Source: Pachysolen tannophilus NRRL Y-2460 | Taxonomy: Eukaryota | Assembly (NCBI GenBank): GCA_001661245.1 | Contig: KV454017.1 | Location: forward strand, 775,903-839,902 | DNA length: 64,000 nt | Reading direction: 5' to 3' | Shown: positions 10,330-21,009 of the stretch, one piece after another | Position numbering within the stretch: position 1 is the first letter of the stretch | Layout of the letters: each line of letters starts with the position of its first letter | Position numbers and translations under genes: made by a program | The notes under the pieces: model-generated | The model's input: the letters and a program-made list of their open reading frames with translations, nothing else | What the model was told of the DNA's origin: nothing | The model's database searches: none

Positions 10330-12123
10330 ATGAGAATGTCTATCCAACTTCCAATTTCAGAAAAGCGTGGTATTGTGAATTACTGCTCTTCTCCAGACGT
10401 CAATACGAAAAGAATTTTTTTGGTATTAAGCTTATTAGTTTCCACTTTAGTATTGATCAAGACTTGTAGCGAACAATATTATAGAAACAAGTGGTTATAT
10501 GGTCATGGTACTAGTAGAGCATTATTAATTGATTCTGTCTGTCCCTCTTTTGATTACTATAGACCATCAACTTATGAAGTCCATAAAGATACTGTGATTG
10601 CCAAAATCATTAAAGATGAGTCTTTTAGAAAGCAGAGTGCAGCTAAATTGTCTGGTGCTGTTCAAGTTCAAACTGAAGTTTATGATGACGCACCTCAGGT
10701 TGATGAAGATCCAGAGTACTGGGCTAAATTTGAAAAATTTCATTCTTATTTGGAGAAGACTTTCCCCATTGCTCATCAAATTTTAAATAAGACAACAGTT
10801 AACACGTACGGTTTAGTATATGAATGGCCCGGGTCAGATGACAGCTTGAAGCCATTGATGCTAACTGCACATCAAGATGTGGTTCCTGTTCAACAAGAAA
10901 CTATAGATGAGTGGACGTATCCACCATTTGAAGGTCATTATGATGGCCAATTCCTTTGGGGAAGAGGATCTTCTGACATAAAAAATTTATTAATTGGTTT
11001 AATGGAAACAATTGAGGAACTTGCACTTATTGAATTTAAACCAAAGAGAACCATTGTACTAGCATTTGGGGCAGATGAAGAAATTTCTGGGACAATTATT
11101 GCTTCAGCATTGGGAAAATATTTAGTAGATCACTATGGAAAAGATTCAATATATGCCATTATTGATGAAGGTGGTTATGGCTTGGTTAAGCATGAAGGAG
11201 TTTATTTGTCTTTACCAGCAACTGGTGAGAAGGGCTATGTTGACTCTATCATTTCCCTAACTACTACTGGAGGCCATTCATCTATTCCTCCAGATCATAC
11301 TTCAATTGGAATTATGTCTAATTTGATATCTTTAATTGAAGCCACCCAATTTGAACCTATATATACAGATTTAAATCCTTTTTTTCAACAGCAGCAATGC
11401 TTGGCTGTATACTCAGATGATATGGATGATGACTTGAAATGGTCTTTGTTAAATGCAGGAAATGATAAAACCGCTCAGAAACACAGTATTGAATATATTA
11501 GTTCTCAACTTAGTTCCAGATACTTCATCAAGACTACACAGGCAACAGACATAATCAAAGGTGGAGCCAAATCCAATGCATTACCTGAACACGTCGAAGT
11601 TACTCTTAATCACAGAATCGCTATTGAAAGTTCAGTTAAAGAGACGTTAGATAAGGATATCTCCAGAATTAAACAAATTGCCCAAAAATATTACTTGGGT
11701 TTCATTTACACTCCATATAACGATTCAGAACGGGAAATTACTATTTTACCACCAACAGAATTGGGATTTTTCCATTTGAAGGGAAGATATGCATTGGAAC
11801 CTGCCCCGGTAACTCCAATTAATGATGAACATTGGAAAATATTGGCAGGCAATATTAGACATGTCTATGAGGAAATTGCTTATCCAGGAAAATTTGAAAC
11901 ACCTGTTGTTGTAGCACCGGGCATACCAACTGGTAATACTGACACCAAATATTATTGGGACTTGACCAGACATATTTATCGTTACAAGCCGGGTGCTATG
12001 CCCAACTTGAAGAGTTCGAACGCTCACACTGTTGATGAGCGCATTGAATTTGATTCACATTTACAAATCATTGCATTTTATTTTGAGTACATACAAAGCG
12101 TAGATGCCTTAGGCCATAACTAG
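10330..12123 (+). CDS. CPS1: Gly-Xaa carboxypeptidase (M20A, vacuolar carboxypeptidase S), copy A
   Basis: N-terminal TM anchor; metal/catalytic motifs AHQDVVP, WGRGSSDIK, GADEE, IDEGG, GGHSSIPP, NAHTVDE. Confidence 0.9.
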   Translation: MRMSIQLPISEKRGIVNYCSSPDVNTKRIFLVLSLLVSTLVLIKTCSEQYYRNKWLYGHGTSRALLIDSVCPSFDYYRPSTYEVHKDTVIAKIIKDESFRKQSAAKLSGAVQVQTEVYDDAPQVDEDPEYWAKFEKFHSYLEKTFPIAHQILNKTTVNTYGLVYEWPGSDDSLKPLMLTAHQDVVPVQQETIDEWTYPPFEGHYDGQFLWGRGSSDIKNLLIGLMETIEELALIEFKPKRTIVLAFGADEEISGTIIASALGKYLVDHYGKDSIYAIIDEGGYGLVKHEGVYLSLPATGEKGYVDSIISLTTTGGHSSIPPDHTSIGIMSNLISLIEATQFEPIYTDLNPFFQQQQCLAVYSDDMDDDLKWSLLNAGNDKTAQKHSIEYISSQLSSRYFIKTTQATDIIKGGAKSNALPEHVEVTLNHRIAIESSVKETLDKDISRIKQIAQKYYLGFIYTPYNDSEREITILPPTELGFFHLKGRYALEPAPVTPINDEHWKILAGNIRHVYEEIAYPGKFETPVVVAPGIPTGNTDTKYYWDLTRHIYRYKPGAMPNLKSSNAHTVDERIEFDSHLQIIAFYFEYIQSVDALGHN

Positions 12124-12428
12124 ACATTTATAACGATATTTCAATAAATAGAAGAACGATTTAACACTAAATTACTTGAGCACCAAGTCTTGTTTTCAGT
12201 AGATGAAAATGTTTCAGTTCACTAAATAGAAAGTAAGCCATGACATGTGTCACTCTCTTCCAAAAAAAAGAAAAAAAACACGACATGTCACTTAGCCGCA
12301 CGAAAATGCTGCTGCTTTTATTAAAATTGACGATAAGGTTCTTTCAATTCATTATAATTGTATATTAATAACGGTGAAGTGTTTTGAATAGTTTAAAGAT
12401 TCTAGAAGGAATTCTAGAAGGATTGATT

Positions 12429-14261
12429 ATGCTCAGTCAATTCCGGGATATTGAAGAAAAAAGGGAGAAGATTGAAGTTTTTGATAATGTTGGTTTTGAA
12501 AAAAGGTTAGTTGAAAGAACTAAAAACGGCAAAGGACATAATATGATTATGACTAAGAGATTATTATTTGTATCTGTTATTGTGAGTTTTTCAATTTTAG
12601 TTTGCGTGAGAAGATTTAGTTTGACTCCATGTGGGAATGATATGGGTCATGTTTCAAATGATATTGGAGAATATCAGTCAGTATGTCCAATTCAAGATTA
12701 CTATAGACCGTCAACTTATGAAATCTATAAAGAGACTGTACTTGAAAATATCATTAGAGGTGAATCTTTTAGAAATGATTCTATTAAAAAATTGGCAGAT
12801 GCTGTTAAAATAAAGACTGAGGTCTACGATAGTGATCCAAAGAATGTTGAAGATGATCCACAGTACTGGTCAAAATTTGAAATTTTTGCAGAATTTTTGA
12901 AAAAAACATTTCCTCTATTTCATGGAAAGACAACTTTAGAAAAACCTAATGTACATGGTTTGGTTTATACTTGGAAAGGATCTAACGAGAAACTAAAACC
13001 TTTGGTATTGATGGCTCATCAGGATACGGTTCCTGTACCTGAAGAGTCATTAGACTTGTGGAAATTCCCACCATTTGAAGGTCATTATGATGGTAAATAT
13101 CTTTGGGGCCGTGGTGTTTCTGATTGTAAAAATTTACTTATTGGTCTCTTGGAAGCTGCAGAAGAATTGATTAAAGTTGGATTTGAACCTAAAAGAACTA
13201 TTATATTTTCTTTTGGTTTTGATGAAGAAGTTGGTGGTTTAAGAAATAAGAATGCAAATTTACTATTAAAAAAATATGGAGTTAATTCTGTTTATGCTGT
13301 TGTTGATGAAGGAGGTATATCGTTAACGGAATTAGAAGGAACACAGATGGCATTACCTGGAACTGGAGAAAAAGGTTCTGTTAATGCTATTATTGAATTG
13401 ACTACACCTGGAGGACATTCATCTATTCCACCTGACCATACTTCTATTGGTATTATGTCACTGCTTATATCTGAGATTGAAAATACTCCATTTGAACCTT
13501 TTTTCACAGATGCAAACCCCACATTCATGCAGTATACATGTATGGCAGAACATTCAACTTCAATTAAAAAAGATTTAAAAAAAGATATTTTAAATGCAGG
13601 TAATGATAAAGCAGCCAATAAGAGAGTTTGTGATTTTATTGATCAGACAAAACTGTTAAGATATTATATTAAGAGTTCACAAGCAATTGATATTATTAAA
13701 GGTGGAGTAAAATCAAATGCTTTACCTGAACATGTTGAAATTATAGTTAATCATAGAGTTGCAATAGAACAAAGAGTTGATGATATCTTGGCAAAAGATA
13801 TTGAAAATATTAAAAAAATTGCAAAATTTTTTAAATTAGGTGTTTATTATCAATATAAAGAATCAAAAGAAATTGAAATTATTCCTTCAACTTCTTTTGG
13901 TTTTTTCAAATTAATAGTTGATGATGTATTAGAACCTGCACCAATTACTCCAATTCATGATCATCATTGGGAAATATTTGCAGGAAATATAAGACATGTA
14001 TATGAAGAAATTGCTGAACCTAATTTTTTCAAAAATAATCCTATAATAGTATCACCTGGTATTGCTACTGGTAATACTGATACAAGATTATATTGGAATT
14101 TAACAAATCATATTTACAGATATAGACCAGGAGTTACACCTACAGTTTTAACAAATGCTCATACAATTAATGAACATATAGATTTTAATTCTCATTTACA
14201 AATAATTGCTTTTTATTTTGAATATATTCAAAGCGTGGATGAAACAAATGATTTAGATTAA
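12429..14261 (+). CDS. CPS1: Gly-Xaa carboxypeptidase (M20A), tandem copy B
   Basis: First ATG at 12429 (the ORF track starts at TTG 12384). TM anchor; AHQDTVP, WGRGVSDCK, GFDEE, VDEGG, GGHSSIPP, NAHTINE. Colinear with copy A. Confidence 0.9.
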   Translation: MLSQFRDIEEKREKIEVFDNVGFEKRLVERTKNGKGHNMIMTKRLLFVSVIVSFSILVCVRRFSLTPCGNDMGHVSNDIGEYQSVCPIQDYYRPSTYEIYKETVLENIIRGESFRNDSIKKLADAVKIKTEVYDSDPKNVEDDPQYWSKFEIFAEFLKKTFPLFHGKTTLEKPNVHGLVYTWKGSNEKLKPLVLMAHQDTVPVPEESLDLWKFPPFEGHYDGKYLWGRGVSDCKNLLIGLLEAAEELIKVGFEPKRTIIFSFGFDEEVGGLRNKNANLLLKKYGVNSVYAVVDEGGISLTELEGTQMALPGTGEKGSVNAIIELTTPGGHSSIPPDHTSIGIMSLLISEIENTPFEPFFTDANPTFMQYTCMAEHSTSIKKDLKKDILNAGNDKAANKRVCDFIDQTKLLRYYIKSSQAIDIIKGGVKSNALPEHVEIIVNHRVAIEQRVDDILAKDIENIKKIAKFFKLGVYYQYKESKEIEIIPSTSFGFFKLIVDDVLEPAPITPIHDHHWEIFAGNIRHVYEEIAEPNFFKNNPIIVSPGIATGNTDTRLYWNLTNHIYRYRPGVTPTVLTNAHTINEHIDFNSHLQIIAFYFEYIQSVDETNDLD

Positions 14262-16066
14262 ATATCTTTGCTTTTTAATTTTTAAATTATTTTAAGCAAT
14301 TCAAGTCATATATTATAAAAGCAATCAACAACAATGCCAAGTTTGTGTTTTTGTATTAATCATCATTAACACCGAGAACCGGTCCAAAATACAAGAAATC
14401 CTTTAATTTTAGACGTTAGACCTTAATATTAGCCCCAGTTTTTTTAAAAATTTAAGTCCCCAAAGTCCATAAAGAAACATTTATTAATTAATTAATTTAA
14501 GTGACTAATAATACAAAAAAATTACTACAATTTATATCTATATACTTCTTGATAATAAAAATGACCTTTATGATTATTATATTTCTAATCAAAATTCATT
14601 TGATCATTTACTTTAAATCTTTTAGTCTATCTCTATTCTTTTATCTATCTTATTATTCAAACTGAAAGTTGATCCTGTCCCGGATAGCCCCTGTTATTGC
14701 CAAAAAGGGAAAATTGATTTTATGTTTTTCTTTTTTTTCTTTCCGGAGATCTTTCCAAAAATTACAATCAGAATATTCTGAAACATCTGTCTTTTTTTTT
14801 TTTTTATTTTATTTTTTTTTCTTTGTTTTTTTTTCTCTATAAAGAGCTCATCTCACGGATAAGATTCTGGAATAAAAACACAAAAAAAAATTCCATTAAG
14901 CGCGCATCTGCTTTGGCTTAATGTTCCGGGAAGCAGTGGCGCCAGGATTATTAAAAGCAATTATTTATAAGATCATAATCCATCTGTTCATCTGTTGATC
15001 AAAGTAAAAAATTGGTACAGCCTTATATATGAACACCATGAGACCATAATAACATACATTCTATCCATTCTATCCATATAATATGATCATATTTTATTTT
15101 TCATATGTACTTCGTTTCCGTTCTTATTAAAACTTTTTCTTGTTTTTTTTTTTTTTTTTTTGGGTCGAAACGAAAAAAGGAAATTATTTGTTGTCAACCG
15201 TCTCCCGCGCAAACGACAATGAATTTATGAATTTACCGCTATTGTTTGTCTGTCTCTATTAAGCAAAAAAAAACTTTTTTTTTCTTCTGTTTTTTTTTGC
15301 AGATCTTAATGAGGAAATTTATAATTTATAGTGTTTTTTCCTATTGTTAATTTGAATTCCTATAATTTTTAAGAGATCTACTATATAGAGATTTTCAAAA
15401 ATTCTTTTATGAGTTTTCAAGTCACTTGGTATAGTAAAAGTAAACCGATGAAATCCGTATATACTCTCTTCTATTCATTGTTATTGCGATACAGGACTTT
15501 AGCGCGTTAATCAAGTTATAACAAAGAATGAAAAAAAAAAGAAAAAAATCTTTAAAAAATTCGCTGTTAGCGGTTTTTCTTCCCTATTTAGTATTAAGTC
15601 TACTTTTACTTACTATATACATATACTACTACTGTAATATATTTGCACCTATCTTAGATATTTATAAATACCATTAAAATCTATGTACGTAAAAACATAA
15701 AAGAAAAAATAAAATAAAATTATTGAATATAAAAATAATAATAATAGCGAGTTGGATCATAACGCCATAACTTTACAACAAAAATTGAAAACAAGCAAAA
15801 TAAAAAATAAAAAAGTATCATAACGAGTCATCAACCCCTGTAGGTTCTTGTTAAAAAAAAAAAAAATAAAAAACACAACTAAATCATTATAGTAAAGTGT
15901 TGAGCGAAGTGAGTGCAACACACGTTGTAAGGACACGCAAAAAGAAAAAGAAAGAAAAAAAAAAAAAAACACAAATTTATAAACGCTTAAGTTTAAAACA
16001 TCATAAACTGTATAAATATTGAATATTATGTCTTTATTAGTAATTAGTAGAATCATGAACCGTAAA

Positions 16067-17071
16067 TTAAATAATCAATGTAGAACGTAACTGCAAAGCA
16101 AGATCATTAGGTTGAGCGTCATTCCGAGGAGTGGGCTGGTGACTATGCCAGGACAACTGGTAATAGTCAACATCTTCGTTATTGGGCAGCGATGGATGAT
16201 TGCAATTGGCATCATGAATATGACTATGATTATGATTATGATGATGATGGTGATGGCGCTTATGGTCATGGTGTGTTACATTTACATCATCATTATTTTC
16301 TTCTTCTTCTTCTTCTGATGAAGAAGAATATTCAAAACTTTCATCTGATGACACAGTGCTACAATGGCTCAACAATGGTAAATCATGATGTAAATGTTCT
16401 TCCAACTCTTGTTCATACTGTTCTTCTTGTTCCAGTAGTTCCAGTATTGGAGCTAAAAAACAAGCATCATTGTTATTTGAGTTTGAATTTGTCTTTGTCA
16501 ACAGCGTTAAAAAATCCTCATCTTCTGGTGATGAAGGTGGTGATTCACCATCAACTTCTGTAAATTCAAATTCGGATTCTTCATCATCAGAAGAATTATA
16601 AGAATCATCAGAAAAATAATATTCATCATCCTCTTCATATTCTTCTTCTTCTATATCCAGATTAATATCCTCATCCATACAAGGAGATGTATGTATTTTA
16701 GCCTTTGCAAGTAAAATTTCTTCATCATCATCATATTCTTCCTCATCTTCTTCATCTTCATCTTCTTCTTCATCATCATCTAAGATTTCTCGTGTTGTAA
16801 CCTGTGTGGAGTAAAAACTATTATTAGATCCACCATTGGATTCTTCATTCTCATCACTACTAAAATCAACAAATCTATTACCGCCACCATTATATTCCGA
16901 TTGAAAATTCGGTAATGGCTTCTTACTAGACAAAGAATCCATTAAATTATCCAACAAGTTTGCTTGACAAACAAGTATTCTTAAATCGGCATTAGGATTT
17001 ATAGCTTCCTTCGTTAACTTAGATTTCACTTTTGACGCGAGTAAATACGTTTGGGCTAAATTCGACATCAT
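16067..17071 (-). CDS. Ecm13/YJR115W-family acidic protein with His-rich tail
   Basis: N-terminal LAQTYLLASKVKSKLTKEA...DLRILVCQANLLDNL is the family signature as I recall it. The rest is D/E-rich low complexity. Confidence 0.75.
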   Translation of the reverse strand: MMSNLAQTYLLASKVKSKLTKEAINPNADLRILVCQANLLDNLMDSLSSKKPLPNFQSEYNGGGNRFVDFSSDENEESNGGSNNSFYSTQVTTREILDDDEEEDEDEEDEEEYDDDEEILLAKAKIHTSPCMDEDINLDIEEEEYEEDDEYYFSDDSYNSSDDEESEFEFTEVDGESPPSSPEDEDFLTLLTKTNSNSNNNDACFLAPILELLEQEEQYEQELEEHLHHDLPLLSHCSTVSSDESFEYSSSSEEEEEENNDDVNVTHHDHKRHHHHHHNHNHSHIHDANCNHPSLPNNEDVDYYQLSWHSHQPTPRNDAQPNDLALQLRSTLII

Positions 17072-17388
17072 TAAAGAAAAAAGAAACCCTTTTTTTTTTA
17101 TTTTATTTTTTTTTTAGCCAACTTCTATGTGTTCTCAATATAAACTAGTATATTCAAAGTCACTTTCTATACTCATGTAGAAACTCCTTTTTAAAACCAT
17201 TAAACAATATTTTCACGATTAATCTTTGCAATAAATAAATAACTGCTGAAATAGATATACATATACATATACAATTATATATATACAATTATATATATAC
17301 ATAAATTCTTTTCTTTAATCATGCTAGGAACATGAAACTCATCTTTTATGTATAAATTAGTCAACTAACACCAAACCATTCATTATAT

Positions 17389-17833
17389 TGACTCAAGCGG
17401 GTTTCGGAAGTAATTCATTTTTTTAAATTTTTTTAGTTGCGCGGATTTAAAAACTTTAAATTGTTCTGAAAGGTTTTTATTTTTTTTTTTACATTCTTTC
17501 TTTGTTCTGAAACCCGATTAGGTACTATATGACCGTAACAAGTGGTGGTGAATAAAAACTAAATAAGTAGAAAATAATATAACAATCAAATGATAGCTAG
17601 CTAGCCATCTAATTTAATTTATTAATCCTCTAGGATAAAATTTAAGTTTTTTATTATTGGTATGGCAAATAAAAGGTAAAAAAAACAAGCAAAACAAAAA
17701 AAAAAAAAATTTGTATGTCTATGATATTTGTGTTTTGTATATGTCTTGCTTTTATGCTTTTACACTATTAATCCTGGTTAAAAATGCGTTTTTTTTGGCA
17801 AAGCATACATTAATCTAGATACTGGGTGACTCA
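17389..17833. promoter_or_regulatory. Two TGACTCA (Gcn4/AP-1-type) sites upstream of the Ecm13-like gene
   Basis: TGACTCA at 17389-17395 and 17827-17833. Confidence 0.4.
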
Positions 17834-18081
17834 GTTGTAGAAGCGATACTTACGCAGGGGCAAGGAAAAAAAAAAATTTTTTTTTTTTTTTCTTTTTTGC
17901 TCAACACCTCTATTTTTTTTACATAAAAATATATTCCAGACCCTTTACATCAAAAGAACACATATACAAAGCAATTTTCAATCTAAGAGACTTATAAACA
18001 TGGAGACAAATAGATAGATAAGTTAAAAACAGAAAAAAAAAAAAAAAAAAAGTATTGCCAAAGCAAAAAAATTGCAAAAAA

Positions 18082-18446
18082 NNNNNNNNNNNNNNNNNNN
18101 NNNNNNNNNNNNNNNNNNNNNNNNNNNNNNNNNNNNNNNNNNNNNNNNNNNNNNNNNNNNNNNNNNNNNNNNNNNNNNNNNNNNNNNNNNNNNNNNNNNN
18201 NNNNNNNNNNNNNNNNNNNNNNNNNNNNNNNNNNNNNNNNNNNNNNNNNNNNNNNNNNNNNNNNNNNNNNNNNNNNNNNNNNNNNNNNNNNNNNNNNNNN
18301 NNNNNNNNNNNNNNNNNNNNNNNNNNNNNNNNNNNNNNNNNNNNNNNNNNNNNNNNNNNNNNNNNNNNNNNNNNNNNNNNNNNNNNNNNNNNNNNNNNNN
18401 NNNNNNNNNNNNNNNNNNNNNNNNNNNNNNNNNNNNNNNNNNNNNN
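18082..18446. other. Assembly gap (N run)
   Basis: Run of n characters. Confidence 1.
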
Positions 18447-18480
18447 AAAAAGAAATGAAAAAAAAAAAAAAAAAAAAACT

Positions 18481-20328
18481 TTAACTAGAAGCAACTGGGG
18501 CTGCTGCGGATGTGGCAGTTGTCGATGTGGCTGGATTACTAGTAGTAGTAGTAGCAGCAGTTGTTGTTTTAGTTGTTTCTTTTGTTCCTATTGAATTTTC
18601 TGTTCCTTCATTTTGTAATTCTGTTAAATTTGTTACGCTATTGGCACTTCTTGGTCTTTTCCTTGCAATATTTTTTTTATCTGATTTTCTTTTTTTTTCT
18701 CTAGTTGGTCTAACTTCACCTTCTTCATAAACATAATTGGGTAAATCATATAATTTAACATGTTTTATTGATATTGAATGTATATTTTCATCATATTCTG
18801 ACCATTCTCTACAAATTCGATAAAAATCTTGACATGGTTCTTGTAAATCTATTTTTTTATCTTGTTGATTTTTTAAATTTATAACTAATCCAATATATAA
18901 TCCCATTACATGTAATTCATTTTTTGGTATTTCTAATGCATTATTTTCTTTTGTAGAAATTTCATTAATTTCAATAATTTTATCTTTAAATTCTTGTTCA
19001 CATTTTAAAGTACCAACATTTTCTAAAAATGGTCCAACTTCTTCATTAGAAACATAAAAAGATTTTTCAATTGGTTCAACAAATGGATGAGCTAAATCAA
19101 CTCCTTCCACCACTTCTAATTTTTGTACTAATAATCTTACTTTAGATTCAACCATACCTTTCCATTTTGAATGAACTTCTGCATTTGACCTTGTTGCTAC
19201 TATTATAGTTAAATAAAATTTATATCTATGGAAAAAATCATGTTTCTTAAATAATTCACTCCATGTATTTTGTCCCGACATTATACCATTCATTAAATTA
19301 TAACCTTTATCAAATTCACCAATTATAACTTTTTGTGTTGATCTTGTTATATTATGTGTAGCACACATTGAAGGATAAGCTGGTGTAATTACAGGCATCA
19401 AATGTTTCCTATCTTTAGGATTTCTTTGAGGATTCCATATATTTAATCTTAAAGGACCATCTTCAATTTTTTTCAACAATACAGGTTCAGGCCATCTCCA
19501 TTGTCTTAATATATAAAAAAATCTACTAATGATGACTGCACTAACAGCATTTGGATATAATTGACAAATTCTTGCAACTAATAAAGCCCATGCAACACCA
19601 CCAGGAAATCCAAATATATTTCCATATACAGCTTTTCTCTTTGCCCATAATTTAATACAACGTAAAGCATGTTTAAATACAATTGGTCTTGGAACTAATT
19701 CCAAAATTTGATCAGCAACTCTTGTACCATTAAGAGCTCTTGCATTTGGATCATCAATATTTCTAAGTAAATTATTATCATTTAAATTTAAATCTAATGG
19801 TACTTGAGGGATATCCAATCTTGCACAAATTAAATCTACCGCTATACCATTAAATTCAATTTTAATAATAGGTACATATGCATCTGGTACTGGAACTATT
19901 TCTTCTAATTCAGGTCTTTCTCTTAATAATTCATCAAATACAGTAAAGAAATCATTTTTGGTAACATGCTTTGGAACAACCAATAAGGTATCAATGTCTG
20001 AACCTGGAGAATGAACTCCTAATTTATATGAACCAAAAGTATAAACTTTACCTCCTGCATCTCTTGCCATACCTTCAGTCATATTTTTCAGTAATGAAAC
20101 TTTATAAACAAATTCTTGAGCTAATTTTTGAAGAATATTTAAAGTTTCTTCTCTTTTCAGAGTCAGTGCTGCAGATTCAAAAGTACCTTGATTTTTCAAT
20201 TCTTGAATCAACTGATCATTTAATGTATTTTCTTTTGTAGTAGGAGCAGCTGTTGAAATTGGTGGCGTAATCCCATACATCTTGATCGGCTGTGCTTGAT
20301 TCTGTCCAGCCTGTAACGACATATTCAT
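18481..20328 (-). CDS. PAP1: Canonical poly(A) polymerase
   Basis: YGITPPIS, FGSYKLGVHSPGSDIDTL, VDLICARL, GFPGGVAWA, MPVITPAYPSMCATHN; catalytic Asp triad intact. First ATG at 20328. Confidence 0.97.
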   Translation of the reverse strand: MNMSLQAGQNQAQPIKMYGITPPISTAAPTTKENTLNDQLIQELKNQGTFESAALTLKREETLNILQKLAQEFVYKVSLLKNMTEGMARDAGGKVYTFGSYKLGVHSPGSDIDTLLVVPKHVTKNDFFTVFDELLRERPELEEIVPVPDAYVPIIKIEFNGIAVDLICARLDIPQVPLDLNLNDNNLLRNIDDPNARALNGTRVADQILELVPRPIVFKHALRCIKLWAKRKAVYGNIFGFPGGVAWALLVARICQLYPNAVSAVIISRFFYILRQWRWPEPVLLKKIEDGPLRLNIWNPQRNPKDRKHLMPVITPAYPSMCATHNITRSTQKVIIGEFDKGYNLMNGIMSGQNTWSELFKKHDFFHRYKFYLTIIVATRSNAEVHSKWKGMVESKVRLLVQKLEVVEGVDLAHPFVEPIEKSFYVSNEEVGPFLENVGTLKCEQEFKDKIIEINEISTKENNALEIPKNELHVMGLYIGLVINLKNQQDKKIDLQEPCQDFYRICREWSEYDENIHSISIKHVKLYDLPNYVYEEGEVRPTREKKRKSDKKNIARKRPRSANSVTNLTELQNEGTENSIGTKETTKTTTAATTTTSNPATSTTATSAAAPVASS

Positions 20329-20524
20329 TTGCAATATATGATAATGAGATAATAATGATATGTTATGATATGATATGTATATAAAAAAATGCTTTTAATT
20401 ATGAACGTATAATACAAAATGATAATTATTTAAGATATAATAACTAAAAAGGCACAAAGAAAAAATAGAAAAATCAAAAATCAAAAATCAAAAAAAAAAA
20501 TAAAAAATTAAATTATTTTTAAAC

Positions 20525-20555
<31 letters not shown>

Positions 20556-21009
20556 AGAAAAGCTGAAATCTGATTAAGATATAACCTAATCTTTACTTAA
20601 TGTCAATTAATAATATCCAAGAAACTTATTAAATTTAATTTATTTCATTTATTATTAACCGCCTTCACTTAGTTAAGCCTTTTGGTTATTTTATATATAG
20701 AAAAAATTGGCTTTTTTTTATTTTATTTTCATTTTTTTTCTCTGAAATTTAACCAAAATTTACACGTGCCATTAGAAAAATTGGCAGATTCACCTTTTGT
20801 ACTCTTTGTTACGGTACAAAACCAATTTGATTTGAATTGATACTTTTAATACCGTAATATTGAGCAGGAGTTGGGAAATCAAAGGTAAGGAGGAAAGAAG
20901 TCAATGTTTGAATGATTATGAGATTTACATAAGAAAAAGAGAATAAAAATTTTTTTTCTTTGGGGGGTTCCCTAGTCCGTGTATTGTAATTGCTATAAAT
21001 TTTTCAATC

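Noticed and set aside
18481..20328. PAP as a marker of a Candida-type MTL mating locus
   Set aside because: No PIK1, OBP or a/alpha homeodomain/HMG genes nearby. The neighbourhood (VPS1) matches ordinary PAP1.
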